A DNA stretch of 64,000 nt. Origin: a virus (lineage: Duplodnaviria > Caudoviricetes). Position numbers and translations under genes: made by a program. How positions within the stretch are numbered: the first letter of the stretch is position 1; each line of letters opens with the position of its first letter. The notes beneath the pieces were generated by a model. It had not been told where the DNA came from. It saw only the letters and a list, made by a program, of their open reading frames with translations, and did not search any database. Where the stretch lies: positions 80,189 through 144,188 of the IMG/VR virus record IMGVR_UViG_3300033463_000023; one strand, given 5' to 3'. This document shows, in pieces, positions 36,594 through 44,991 of this stretch.

Positions 36594-37151
36594 ATGAAGA
36601 CAGAGAACTATTTAGACCCTGAGCGGCTGGCGAAGTTACAGCAGCGGATATGGGACGTGGCGACGGCGCACGGCTGGCACGAACAGCCAATATCGACGGC
36701 GCAGTATTGCGGACTGATAATGACCGAAATGGCCGAAGCAATCGAGGCCGATCGCAACGGCAGACGCTTCAAGATGACATCGGCACCGCCCGAACACCCG
36801 CAATGGTTCCAAGGCTGGTATCAGGAGTGGGTAAAAGGAACCATCGAAGAAGAGTTTGCCGACGTAGTGATCCGCGTGCTCGACATGGCGCAGGAGGTTC
36901 ACGGCGACAAGATGCGCTGGCTGGGCTACTACCCCTGGGGGCAGACGTACCACGAAAAGGATAGTTTCATCGAGAATGCCTGGTACTTCATCCGCGAGGT
37001 GCTGAACTGGGGCACGATGAACATCAGCGATTGCGTGTCGTTCATGTTCGACTGGGCGCAAGACCTCGGCATCGACCTGTGGCAGCACATCGAATGGAAG
37101 ATGAAGTACAACGAACTCCGTCCGTATAAGCATGGCGGGAAGAAATATTAA
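36594..37151 (+). CDS. MazG-like nucleotide pyrophosphohydrolase
   Basis: TEMAEAIEADR...EEEFADVVIR...IDL..HIEWKMKYNELRPYKHG. Confidence 0.8.
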   Translation: MKTENYLDPERLAKLQQRIWDVATAHGWHEQPISTAQYCGLIMTEMAEAIEADRNGRRFKMTSAPPEHPQWFQGWYQEWVKGTIEEEFADVVIRVLDMAQEVHGDKMRWLGYYPWGQTYHEKDSFIENAWYFIREVLNWGTMNISDCVSFMFDWAQDLGIDLWQHIEWKMKYNELRPYKHGGKKY

Positions 37152-37164
37152 GGAGGACTGACGG

Positions 37165-37875
37165 ATGAACGAACCGATTTGTGCCGAGTGCAAGAAATGG
37201 GATATGGGCGAGACGTGGGGTACGGGGCGCGGCAAGACTATCGTGGAGTGCCGTGGATGGTGCCACAAGACACCGTGGCGCAAGCCGCGATGGAACTACG
37301 AACCCGTCTGCGGCAGCTTCGACCCACGCGAAAAGACCAGCCTGATACTGCACGGTCAGGGCTATCCGACCGAAGAGCAGTTGCAGGAGATTGACGAAGA
37401 GATAAGAAAATTCTTAAACAAGGACGATATGGAACAACAGGAACAACCCAAGCGTGACAAGGCGGCTGAGTATGCCGAGGTGGTAGGCCGACGCTTCCGA
37501 CCGACGTTCGACTCGCCGATTGACTATTTCGAGATTCGCGGCTACGATGCCGAGCGCGACATGGTGCTGACCACGGCACATCCAAAGCAGGGCGACCCCT
37601 TCGACGATGAGATTGAAGAGGTATATCTGATGGGCGCTTTCGAGAATGGTGACTACAAGGCCATCAACGACAAACCCGTTGATGAGCGGACGTTTGAAAT
37701 CATGGCACGGCCATACCTCGACATGATGCCGCCAACGGTGACGCGCAAGCAGAAGTTCTGCGGCCCGTGCTGCGACCGCTGCCAGCACCGCTTCGGCACG
37801 ACGAGCAACCGCGAATGGTGCAGCAGCCACTACGAGAATGATAAGTGTTACAGATTCAAATTGGCCAAGCAATGA
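37165..37875 (+). CDS. Cys-rich hypothetical protein, possibly two fused genes
   Basis: CxxC clusters at both ends; internal AT-rich start-like context at MEQQEQ. Confidence 0.65.
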   Translation: MNEPICAECKKWDMGETWGTGRGKTIVECRGWCHKTPWRKPRWNYEPVCGSFDPREKTSLILHGQGYPTEEQLQEIDEEIRKFLNKDDMEQQEQPKRDKAAEYAEVVGRRFRPTFDSPIDYFEIRGYDAERDMVLTTAHPKQGDPFDDEIEEVYLMGAFENGDYKAINDKPVDERTFEIMARPYLDMMPPTVTRKQKFCGPCCDRCQHRFGTTSNREWCSSHYENDKCYRFKLAKQ

Positions 37876-38498
37876 AACTCTTCAAACGACTATTGGACTT
37901 TCTGAACATCCACCCCGACAAGAACCAGCGGTGGACGCTATCGACGCTGTTCATCGTCGGGCTGTTGGATGCCTACGTCGGCCCCGCCATATCGAAAGCA
38001 TGGGTGACGGAGCTGCCTGCCGAATGGCTCGCCTTCCAGTCGCTCGTCTATTCGGTGGTCGGTCTGCTGATCGGCATGATATGGAAAGGCTGGGTGCGCC
38101 GACGGGCTATCCAGTGGTTCACGGTGCTCTGCATCGTCGAGTCGGCGGCGGGCTTCTGCGTCGGCATGTGGCTCTGCTTCGTGGAGTACAACGTGTGGGT
38201 GTTGGCCATCGCCTGCCTGCTCTACGGCACGCTCGTGTCGGAGTTCATCGGCAAGTGCCTGATGACGTTCCGTCCGAAGCTTTGGAACGAGCATGAGCGC
38301 GAGGTCTATGACAACAACAACGACGTGGTGTGCGGCATCTACTGCATTGTCGGCTACGTCTGCGCCCTGCTGTTCATGCCGTCGCTGCGGGTGGCCATGT
38401 TCATCTGGGGTCTGTGCTGCGGCATCGACAACATCGGCTGGCTCGTGGTGTATCACAAGAACAGGGAGAAGTTTTTGGAAATAGAAAAGGAGGGTTGA
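37872..38498 (+). CDS. multi-pass membrane protein (about 6 TM, half-MFS-like)
   Basis: About six hydrophobic segments; ATG 37872. Confidence 0.7.
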   Translation: MKLFKRLLDFLNIHPDKNQRWTLSTLFIVGLLDAYVGPAISKAWVTELPAEWLAFQSLVYSVVGLLIGMIWKGWVRRRAIQWFTVLCIVESAAGFCVGMWLCFVEYNVWVLAIACLLYGTLVSEFIGKCLMTFRPKLWNEHEREVYDNNNDVVCGIYCIVGYVCALLFMPSLRVAMFIWGLCCGIDNIGWLVVYHKNREKFLEIEKEG

Positions 38499-38500
38499 CT

Positions 38501-38983
38501 ATGGGACTGATAGACCAAATGAAGTATGCCAAGATACTGTATCTGGCGGACGTGCTGGAGGACATCCAGAACGAGATGAGCAGGGACTACCGATGCCACA
38601 GCTATGCCGAGAGTATCAATGGCATCGTGAAAGACCTGCGCGAGACGATAGCCGGCACTTCGGCGCCAAACGAAATGGAGTGCGAGAAGTTCGAAATCAA
38701 GCTACTGGAGCATTGTCGCAAAGCCAACATGATGGACTTCCCGCGTAATGAACTTGAGCAAATCAAGTTTCTTCATACTCGCGCTGTCGAAGACGAACTG
38801 TTGCAATTCATCAGGAAGAACAAGCTGATTCGTGTCTGCAAGCACGAGGATGACAATGGAAACATGACGTTCGCCGCCTCGCTGATAGTCGGAATTGAAA
38901 AGCAGCCTTACGTTCCGCAAGAGCAGCCGCTGACTCCCGTGGACGGCCTGGCGAAATGGATGGACGAAATGGATGAGGACTGA
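38501..38983 (+). CDS. hypothetical protein
   Basis: ATG 38501 (MGLIDQMK). Confidence 0.65.
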   Translation: MGLIDQMKYAKILYLADVLEDIQNEMSRDYRCHSYAESINGIVKDLRETIAGTSAPNEMECEKFEIKLLEHCRKANMMDFPRNELEQIKFLHTRAVEDELLQFIRKNKLIRVCKHEDDNGNMTFAASLIVGIEKQPYVPQEQPLTPVDGLAKWMDEMDED

Positions 38984-39010
38984 CAACGAATTAAACAGAT
39001 TATACGAATT

Positions 39011-39238
39011 ATGGAAAAGGTGAAGTACAAAGTACGTTCCGACAGTTCAAAGACACCGTGCCCTCACGGCATGATGGCAACCTGCATCAACTGCCGTATC
39101 ACGAAGCCACACATCGTCCATGTCGGCTCGTGGATGGAAAGGGACTGTCCTTTCTTTGCGGGCGAAGTTATAGGAAAGAACGAGGTGCTTTGCAACTACA
39201 TGCCAACAGACATATTCAAAATATACAATTCAAGATGA
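39011..39238 (+). CDS. small Cys-rich protein
   Basis: 75 aa, coupled to the methyltransferase start. Confidence 0.55.
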   Translation: MEKVKYKVRSDSSKTPCPHGMMATCINCRITKPHIVHVGSWMERDCPFFAGEVIGKNEVLCNYMPTDIFKIYNSR

Positions 39239-40893
39239 ACAACATCGAACTACTTTACATCGACCTCTTCTGTGGGGCGGGCGGCACGTCGAGCGGCGTG
39301 GAGTACGCCACGGTGGACGGCAGGAAGTGCGCCGAGGTGATAGCGTGCGTGAACCACGACGCAAACGCCATCAAGAGCCATGCGGCGAACCATCCGAAGA
39401 CGATGCACTTCACCGAGGACATCCGCACGCTGGACCTGGCACCGTTAGTGAAGCACCTACAGAGGATGAAAAAGAAGCACCCACGGGCGAAGGTTGTATT
39501 GTGGGCCTCGCTGGAATGCACGAACTTCTCGAAGGCGAAGGGCGGTCAGCCCCGCGACGCAGACAGCCGCACGCTGGCCGAGCACCTGTTCCGCTACATC
39601 GAGGCCATCGACCCCGACTACATCCAGATCGAGAACGTCGAGGAGTTCATGTGCTGGGGCGACCTCGACGAGAACGGACACCCCATCTCGCGCTTCGAGG
39701 GACGCAGCTACATGCGGTGGGTGAAGCACGTGACGGACTACGGCTACGACTACGACTGGCGCCTGCTGAACGCTGCCGACTTCGGGGCCTACACCTCGCG
39801 CAAGCGGTTCTTCGGGCAGTTTGCCAGAAAGGGACTGCCGATAGCGTTTCCCGTGCAGACTCATGCGAAGATGCCGAGCGACCTGTACCCCAACAAGGAT
39901 AATCCAAAGGGCTTTTATCCTACGCCTGACTGGCACGAGCTGTTCCCCGGCTTCTATCTGCCTTGGAAGCCCGTCCGCGAGGTGCTCGACCTGGAGGACG
40001 AGGGAGAGAGCATCTTCACGAAGAAGAAACCGCTGTGCGAGAAGACGCTGGAGCGCATCTATGCCGGACTCATCAAGTTCGTGGCGGGAGGCAAGGAGCG
40101 TCACGAGGCATGGATATTGAAATACAACTCCACTAATCAGGACGGCCATCACAACCCGCCAAGCATTGACGAACCGTGTCCTACGGTGGCCGTTCAGAAC
40201 CGCCTCGGACTGGTTAAGGCTCAGTTCCTCTCGAAGCAATTCAGCGGCGACCCGATGTCGAAGAACCAGGGCATCGACCGCCCGGCGGGAACCGTCACCT
40301 GCAGGGATCACCACGCCTTCGTCACCGCATATTATGGTAACGGCTTCAGCCAGTCGGTGGACGAGCCCGCGCCGACGGTCACGACGAAGGACCGCATAGC
40401 ACTGGTGACGAGCCGGTTCATCGCCAACGAGTACAGCGGTGGCGGTCAGCTATCCGACATCAACCAGCCGTGCCCCGCCGTGCTGACTACACCGAAGCAG
40501 AAGGTGGTGTCGGCCCAGTACCTGATGAACCCCCAGTTTGCCAGTGCAGGCGGCAGCATCGACAAGCCCTGCTTCACGCTGATAGCCCGCATGGACAAGA
40601 TGCCGCCCTACCTGGTGAGCACCGAGCAGGGCGTGGGCATCGCCATCTACGAGGACGACAGCCCCATGACGCGCAAGGTGAAGGAGTTCATGGCCATGTA
40701 CGGCATCGTCGACATCAAGATGCGGATGCTGAAGATCGTCGAGCTGAAGCGCATCATGGGCTTCCCGGAGGACTACACCCTCATCGGCACGCAGGCCGAG
40801 CAGAAGAAGTTCATCGGCAACGCCGTCGAGGTAAACATGAGCCGCGTGCTCTGCGAGGCCCTGGCAAGGAAACTAATGGATAAAGCAGCATAA
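39235..40893 (+). CDS. DNA (cytosine-5)-methyltransferase
   Basis: YIDLFCGAGG (motif I), SLECTNFS (IV variant), IENV (VI), TSRKRFF (VIII), IGNAV (X). Confidence 0.92.
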   Translation: MNNIELLYIDLFCGAGGTSSGVEYATVDGRKCAEVIACVNHDANAIKSHAANHPKTMHFTEDIRTLDLAPLVKHLQRMKKKHPRAKVVLWASLECTNFSKAKGGQPRDADSRTLAEHLFRYIEAIDPDYIQIENVEEFMCWGDLDENGHPISRFEGRSYMRWVKHVTDYGYDYDWRLLNAADFGAYTSRKRFFGQFARKGLPIAFPVQTHAKMPSDLYPNKDNPKGFYPTPDWHELFPGFYLPWKPVREVLDLEDEGESIFTKKKPLCEKTLERIYAGLIKFVAGGKERHEAWILKYNSTNQDGHHNPPSIDEPCPTVAVQNRLGLVKAQFLSKQFSGDPMSKNQGIDRPAGTVTCRDHHAFVTAYYGNGFSQSVDEPAPTVTTKDRIALVTSRFIANEYSGGGQLSDINQPCPAVLTTPKQKVVSAQYLMNPQFASAGGSIDKPCFTLIARMDKMPPYLVSTEQGVGIAIYEDDSPMTRKVKEFMAMYGIVDIKMRMLKIVELKRIMGFPEDYTLIGTQAEQKKFIGNAVEVNMSRVLCEALARKLMDKAA

Positions 40894-40918
40894 TAACATC
40901 AACTAATAATTTACGGCT

Positions 40919-41185
40919 ATGCTATATTTGAGTGAACTTTACGGACGCATCGGGCAGATACTGCGCGAGCACGGAGACATGGAGGTGGCGAGAATGCAAA
41001 ATGTGCATATTGACGGACTGACGAACGCCTACTCCGGCTTCATGGAGTATGACAACACGGACTTCTACATCCATCAGTCGGACGTCACAGAGGGCAACGG
41101 CGAGAGCGGCAAGGTCATCGCCAGCCGCAAGCGCTTCGTGATAAACCCCTACGGCAATGGGAAGAGGAACAAGGAGATGTATTAG
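40919..41185 (+). CDS. hypothetical protein
   Basis: 88-aa ORF. Confidence 0.6.
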   Translation: MLYLSELYGRIGQILREHGDMEVARMQNVHIDGLTNAYSGFMEYDNTDFYIHQSDVTEGNGESGKVIASRKRFVINPYGNGKRNKEMY

Positions 41186-41213
41186 ACAACGGATTAAACG
41201 AATATCATGAATT

Positions 41214-41879
41214 ATGAAACTGAAATACAAATGGCATTCGTATAGAGACGTGTACGAACGGGAGGTAGAGGTTCCTGACGATACAGTTTTCATCCATGTG
41301 GACGGTGATATAGGGCCTGGCCTGCATCACGGGTTCGGGCATTATCTTGGCGGCTCCATGCAGGAGACGGAGGATGAATTGAGGTGCGACGGACTGCGCC
41401 GCTACAAGGAGTTCCCAGACATAACGCTGTTCGCATTCAACAACGTCGTGTTCGAGACGGAGATCAACGTCATCCAGTCAGATGAGTTCTACAGCCGCTT
41501 CGACATCGGCAGCTACTATATCTTTTACTATACCAGGGAAAAGATGATACCTAAAATCATCGAGGATGGCAACAATATAACGATTTCTCCGATAAAGACA
41601 ATCCCCGCCCGTCTGGTGTCAGCCTCCAAGATTGTAAGTATCAGGTCCCAGTATCTGGTGGATGCGATGACATGTACGGTCAGCAGCTGGCTTGACTTTG
41701 ACAACAGGGAGGTGAAAGGGATATCTCTCAACAAAGACCTGTTCCTGTTCAATATCCTTGACGAGAACTACGGCGACGTGGTGGTCAAAAAGGATTGTGA
41801 CAAGGAATATACCGAGGCGATGAACCAGGTGCTGAGCGTGGTGGGGAAGAAGTTGAACGTGGAAGAAACAACGGATTAA
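41214..41879 (+). CDS. hypothetical protein
   Basis: 221-aa ORF, visibly AT-richer. Confidence 0.7.
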   Translation: MKLKYKWHSYRDVYEREVEVPDDTVFIHVDGDIGPGLHHGFGHYLGGSMQETEDELRCDGLRRYKEFPDITLFAFNNVVFETEINVIQSDEFYSRFDIGSYYIFYYTREKMIPKIIEDGNNITISPIKTIPARLVSASKIVSIRSQYLVDAMTCTVSSWLDFDNREVKGISLNKDLFLFNILDENYGDVVVKKDCDKEYTEAMNQVLSVVGKKLNVEETTD

Positions 41880-41895
41880 ACGGATTAAACGGATT
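41871..41895 (+). repeat. 9-bp tandem repeat (ACGGATTAA)x3
   Basis: acggattaaacggattaaacggatt; degenerate relatives near 17445, 18986, 24395, 38985 and 41188. Confidence 0.8.
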
Positions 41896-42318
41896 ATGGG
41901 AGAACAACCACAATTACTACAGATCTTCGATCGGGACGGAAAGCCGGTGGCCGTGCTGCCGGACTGCCAGGTTGAACTGACAGAGAAACCGTTGCCGGAG
42001 GGAACCCCCGGCGAATGGAGCCACGGGTTCAGCATGGAATGGACGGGGAACTGCACCGTGCTGGCAGAGACTGAGAATATCCATCAGCTGATGAACAGGC
42101 TGTCGCGCTCCATGCGCTTCGACCGCAAGACGCTGCGCAGGCTGTTCCACGCCGTCACGCACCGCAAGCAGGTATGGTTCGACGTGGTGATAGAGTTCGG
42201 GGACGGCACCATCGACGAGGGTGGTCTTATCGTCAGGACCCCGCGCGAGCTACGGTTTCTGCTCAACAAGATACGCCACATCAGGACACAGTACAAGATT
42301 AGCGACAGGGAGGACTGA
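41896..42318 (+). CDS. hypothetical protein
   Basis: 140-aa ORF. Confidence 0.65.
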   Translation: MGEQPQLLQIFDRDGKPVAVLPDCQVELTEKPLPEGTPGEWSHGFSMEWTGNCTVLAETENIHQLMNRLSRSMRFDRKTLRRLFHAVTHRKQVWFDVVIEFGDGTIDEGGLIVRTPRELRFLLNKIRHIRTQYKISDRED

Positions 42319-42321
42319 CTT

Positions 42322-42807
42322 ATGGACACGCGACAGCAGCATAACGCAAATGTCTCGTCGGACGAGTGGTACACGCCGAGGTGGATCATCGAGGAGCTGG
42401 GACCGTTCGACCTCGACCCGTGCTCGCCCGTGGTGAAGCCCTACGAGATAGCGCCCGTGTCGTACACGAAGGAGGACGACGGGCTGGCGCACGACTGGCA
42501 CGGTACGGTGTGGATGAACCCGCCGTACAGCCGTAAGCCGCTTCGGGCTTTCTGCGAGAAGATGGCGGCGCACGGCGACGGCATCGCCCTGCTGGCCAAC
42601 CGCCAGGACAACCTGCTCTGGCAGGAGGTGATCTTCCCTTCCGCACGCTCGATGATCTTCATGCGCCACCGCGTGAAGTTCATCCATCCGGAAGGCAGGA
42701 AGTCGTCGCCGTTCACAGGGTCATGCCTCGTGGCCTGGGGCGACGAGTGCGACAGACGGCTGCGCGAGAGCAAGATAGAAGGGAAATATGTGGTATTAAA
42801 CTTATAG
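42322..42807 (+). CDS. phage DNA N6-adenine methyltransferase (Dam_phage-like)
   Basis: DEWYTP, FDLDPC, DGLAHDW and WMNPPY motifs. Confidence 0.9.
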   Translation: MDTRQQHNANVSSDEWYTPRWIIEELGPFDLDPCSPVVKPYEIAPVSYTKEDDGLAHDWHGTVWMNPPYSRKPLRAFCEKMAAHGDGIALLANRQDNLLWQEVIFPSARSMIFMRHRVKFIHPEGRKSSPFTGSCLVAWGDECDRRLRESKIEGKYVVLNL

Positions 42808-42831
42808 AACAGCTTTTAAACATTTACGACT

Positions 42832-43479
42832 ATGGCAAAGAAAGAAGAATTTACGCCGAACGGCTCCGTTACGGTGGACGGAGCGGAGATCAAGACCTAC
42901 GGGCAGGAGATCACCAGCTGCAACGTCATCGGGGTGGAAGTCGGCACCACCGGGCTTATGGGCGGCGACACGGGACACGGCGGACGGACGTACTTCAGGA
43001 TCTCCGACGTGTCCTGTACCGACATCCGGTGCAGGGTGAGCGGCCACCGCCTGGACCCGTACCAGTACGAGGAGGTGAACTTCGACGACGTCAGGAGCGT
43101 CGAGATCATCCTCGGAGGCGACACGGAGCTCAGCACGTTCTGCGAGGCCCTGCGCATCGGCTACGAGGTGCTGAGCCGCGATGCGGGCAGCGTAGACGTC
43201 TACGAGCCGCAGATGTCCCACAAGGAGACGCAGCAGGCGAACTTCGCGATGTACGTCAACGAGCTCTGCGAATACTACCGCAAGAACCGCACGCTGAAGG
43301 GGAAGGGCAGGATCCGCGAGAAGTACAGGGTGTCCGACATCAGCGTGCAGCAGTTCTTCGAGTGCGACCTGCACAAGGCGGAGGGCTACGTGCCGCAGGA
43401 CTTCTGCAACCGCGTCTACGCCTTCGTGCTCGACACGACGAAGGCCGTCCCGGCGCCTAAATATGACGAAGCGATATGA
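42832..43479 (+). CDS. hypothetical protein
   Basis: 215 aa, TTGLMGGDTGHGGRT motif. Confidence 0.7.
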   Translation: MAKKEEFTPNGSVTVDGAEIKTYGQEITSCNVIGVEVGTTGLMGGDTGHGGRTYFRISDVSCTDIRCRVSGHRLDPYQYEEVNFDDVRSVEIILGGDTELSTFCEALRIGYEVLSRDAGSVDVYEPQMSHKETQQANFAMYVNELCEYYRKNRTLKGKGRIREKYRVSDISVQQFFECDLHKAEGYVPQDFCNRVYAFVLDTTKAVPAPKYDEAI

Positions 43480-43946
43480 AGACAATATACATCAGCGGGC
43501 CTATAACGGACCAGGCGACAGGCCAGCCGCGCGAGGGCTGGCAGCAGGACTTCCTCGACGCGGAGCAGAAGCTGCGGCGGATGGGGTTCCATGTGATCAA
43601 CCCCGTGGACATCGCACGGGAGGTGGACGAAGCCAACAGGTGGCAATATGAATGCACGTCTCATCCTTGCACCTGTAATGGCGAGCCGACACCGCCCGGC
43701 CGCGCCGACTACATCATGGCGTGCCTGCAGCGCATGAAGCTGAGCCACTCGCTCGACCGCCTGCACGGCGTATATGTCATCGGCAAAGCCATTGCGTGCC
43801 AGGCATCCCACGGCGTGCAGTTGGAGCTATTGATGGCCGACCTGCTGGGCTTGCCCATCTATGCGGACTGCTTCGACGGCGGGCGTGTGAACTGCTTCGT
43901 CGCCTTGCAGCCCGGCAACGGGATACTTGAACTCATAAACGACTGA
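43476..43946 (+). CDS. DUF4406-like (nucleoside 2-deoxyribosyltransferase-fold) protein
   Basis: KTIYISGPIT...F..AEQKL...GFHVINP...SHGVQLELLMA..LGLPI. Confidence 0.75.
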   Translation: MKTIYISGPITDQATGQPREGWQQDFLDAEQKLRRMGFHVINPVDIAREVDEANRWQYECTSHPCTCNGEPTPPGRADYIMACLQRMKLSHSLDRLHGVYVIGKAIACQASHGVQLELLMADLLGLPIYADCFDGGRVNCFVALQPGNGILELIND

Positions 43947-43983
43947 ATGATATGGAAATGGAACAGTATGTAACCAAATAATT

Positions 43984-44832
43984 ATGGAAGAATTGAAGAT
44001 CAACGGCAAGGCCATCTACACCACCAAGGGGGCGGCCAGGGAGTACGGGCGTGTGGGCTGCAACTTCTACACAGGTTGCCCGCATGAGTGCAGCTACTGC
44101 TGTCTGAAACGCGGCGCACCGAGCAGGCAGCTCGGCGGCAACGTCGTGCAGCTGAAGAAGTGCTTCAAGGACGAGGACGATGCGCTGGAGAAGTTCAGGA
44201 AGGAAATTGTGAGAAATATGGACGTGGTTTGTAAGACGGGCGTGTTCTTTTCGTTCACCACTGACCCGATGATACCTGAGACACAGTGGATGACCATGGC
44301 CGCAATTAAGGAAGCAGTCAAACTTTACGTCCCCGTCTATGTATTAACAAAGGGTGCCTCGTTTGTCTACGAAGAGTGCCTGATGGACGAACTGGATGCA
44401 ATGATTACGAGATGTCATCTCATCCATTTCGGCTTCACGCTGACAGGACGCGACGACATGGAGCCAAAAGCGAGCTGTAACCTCGATCGCATCAAAGCTA
44501 TGCGAATCCTTCACAAGTATCACTTTCCGACATGGGCCTCGATAGAGCCCATCATCGACTGGCAGCACGCCAACATGGCCGTGGAGATGTCGCTCGACTG
44601 CTGCGACCACTACAAGATCGGCCTGCGCTCCGGCGTCGGGAAGGACTACTACAACCTCCCCCAGAGCGCCTTGTGGCTCGACGACCTGACGAAGAAGATC
44701 ACCGAAGCTGGAAAGACGGTCTATCTGAAGGAATCTGCCCGCAAGCTGCTGCTGCAGTGCTGCCAGGAACACTACTACAACGAGATTCTCTCCCGCACCG
44801 TCGACATGGACGGCAACCCGGTAGCCGTATAA
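43984..44832 (+). CDS. radical SAM protein (SplB-related type)
   Basis: NFYTGCPHECSYC, FSFTTDP, VLTK and WASIEPI motifs. Confidence 0.85.
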   Translation: MEELKINGKAIYTTKGAAREYGRVGCNFYTGCPHECSYCCLKRGAPSRQLGGNVVQLKKCFKDEDDALEKFRKEIVRNMDVVCKTGVFFSFTTDPMIPETQWMTMAAIKEAVKLYVPVYVLTKGASFVYEECLMDELDAMITRCHLIHFGFTLTGRDDMEPKASCNLDRIKAMRILHKYHFPTWASIEPIIDWQHANMAVEMSLDCCDHYKIGLRSGVGKDYYNLPQSALWLDDLTKKITEAGKTVYLKESARKLLLQCCQEHYYNEILSRTVDMDGNPVAV

Positions 44833-44864
44833 TCCGCGGTTCAATACACAGAGTGAGATGATAT

Positions 44865-44899
44865 AAAAAGACACGGGGCGCATCGCTGCGGCCCGTGTC
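44865..44899 (-). terminator. intrinsic terminator between convergent operons
   Basis: GACACGGG/CCCGTGTC stem with T5 on the minus strand. Confidence 0.65.
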
Positions 44900-44991
44900 A
44901 CGTTGTCTAACATTTAAAAAGTACTATTCAACTTTGAACGAATCAACTTTGTTATGTGGTAATTCGAATATGTGGTTGTTTGAGTGTTGGT

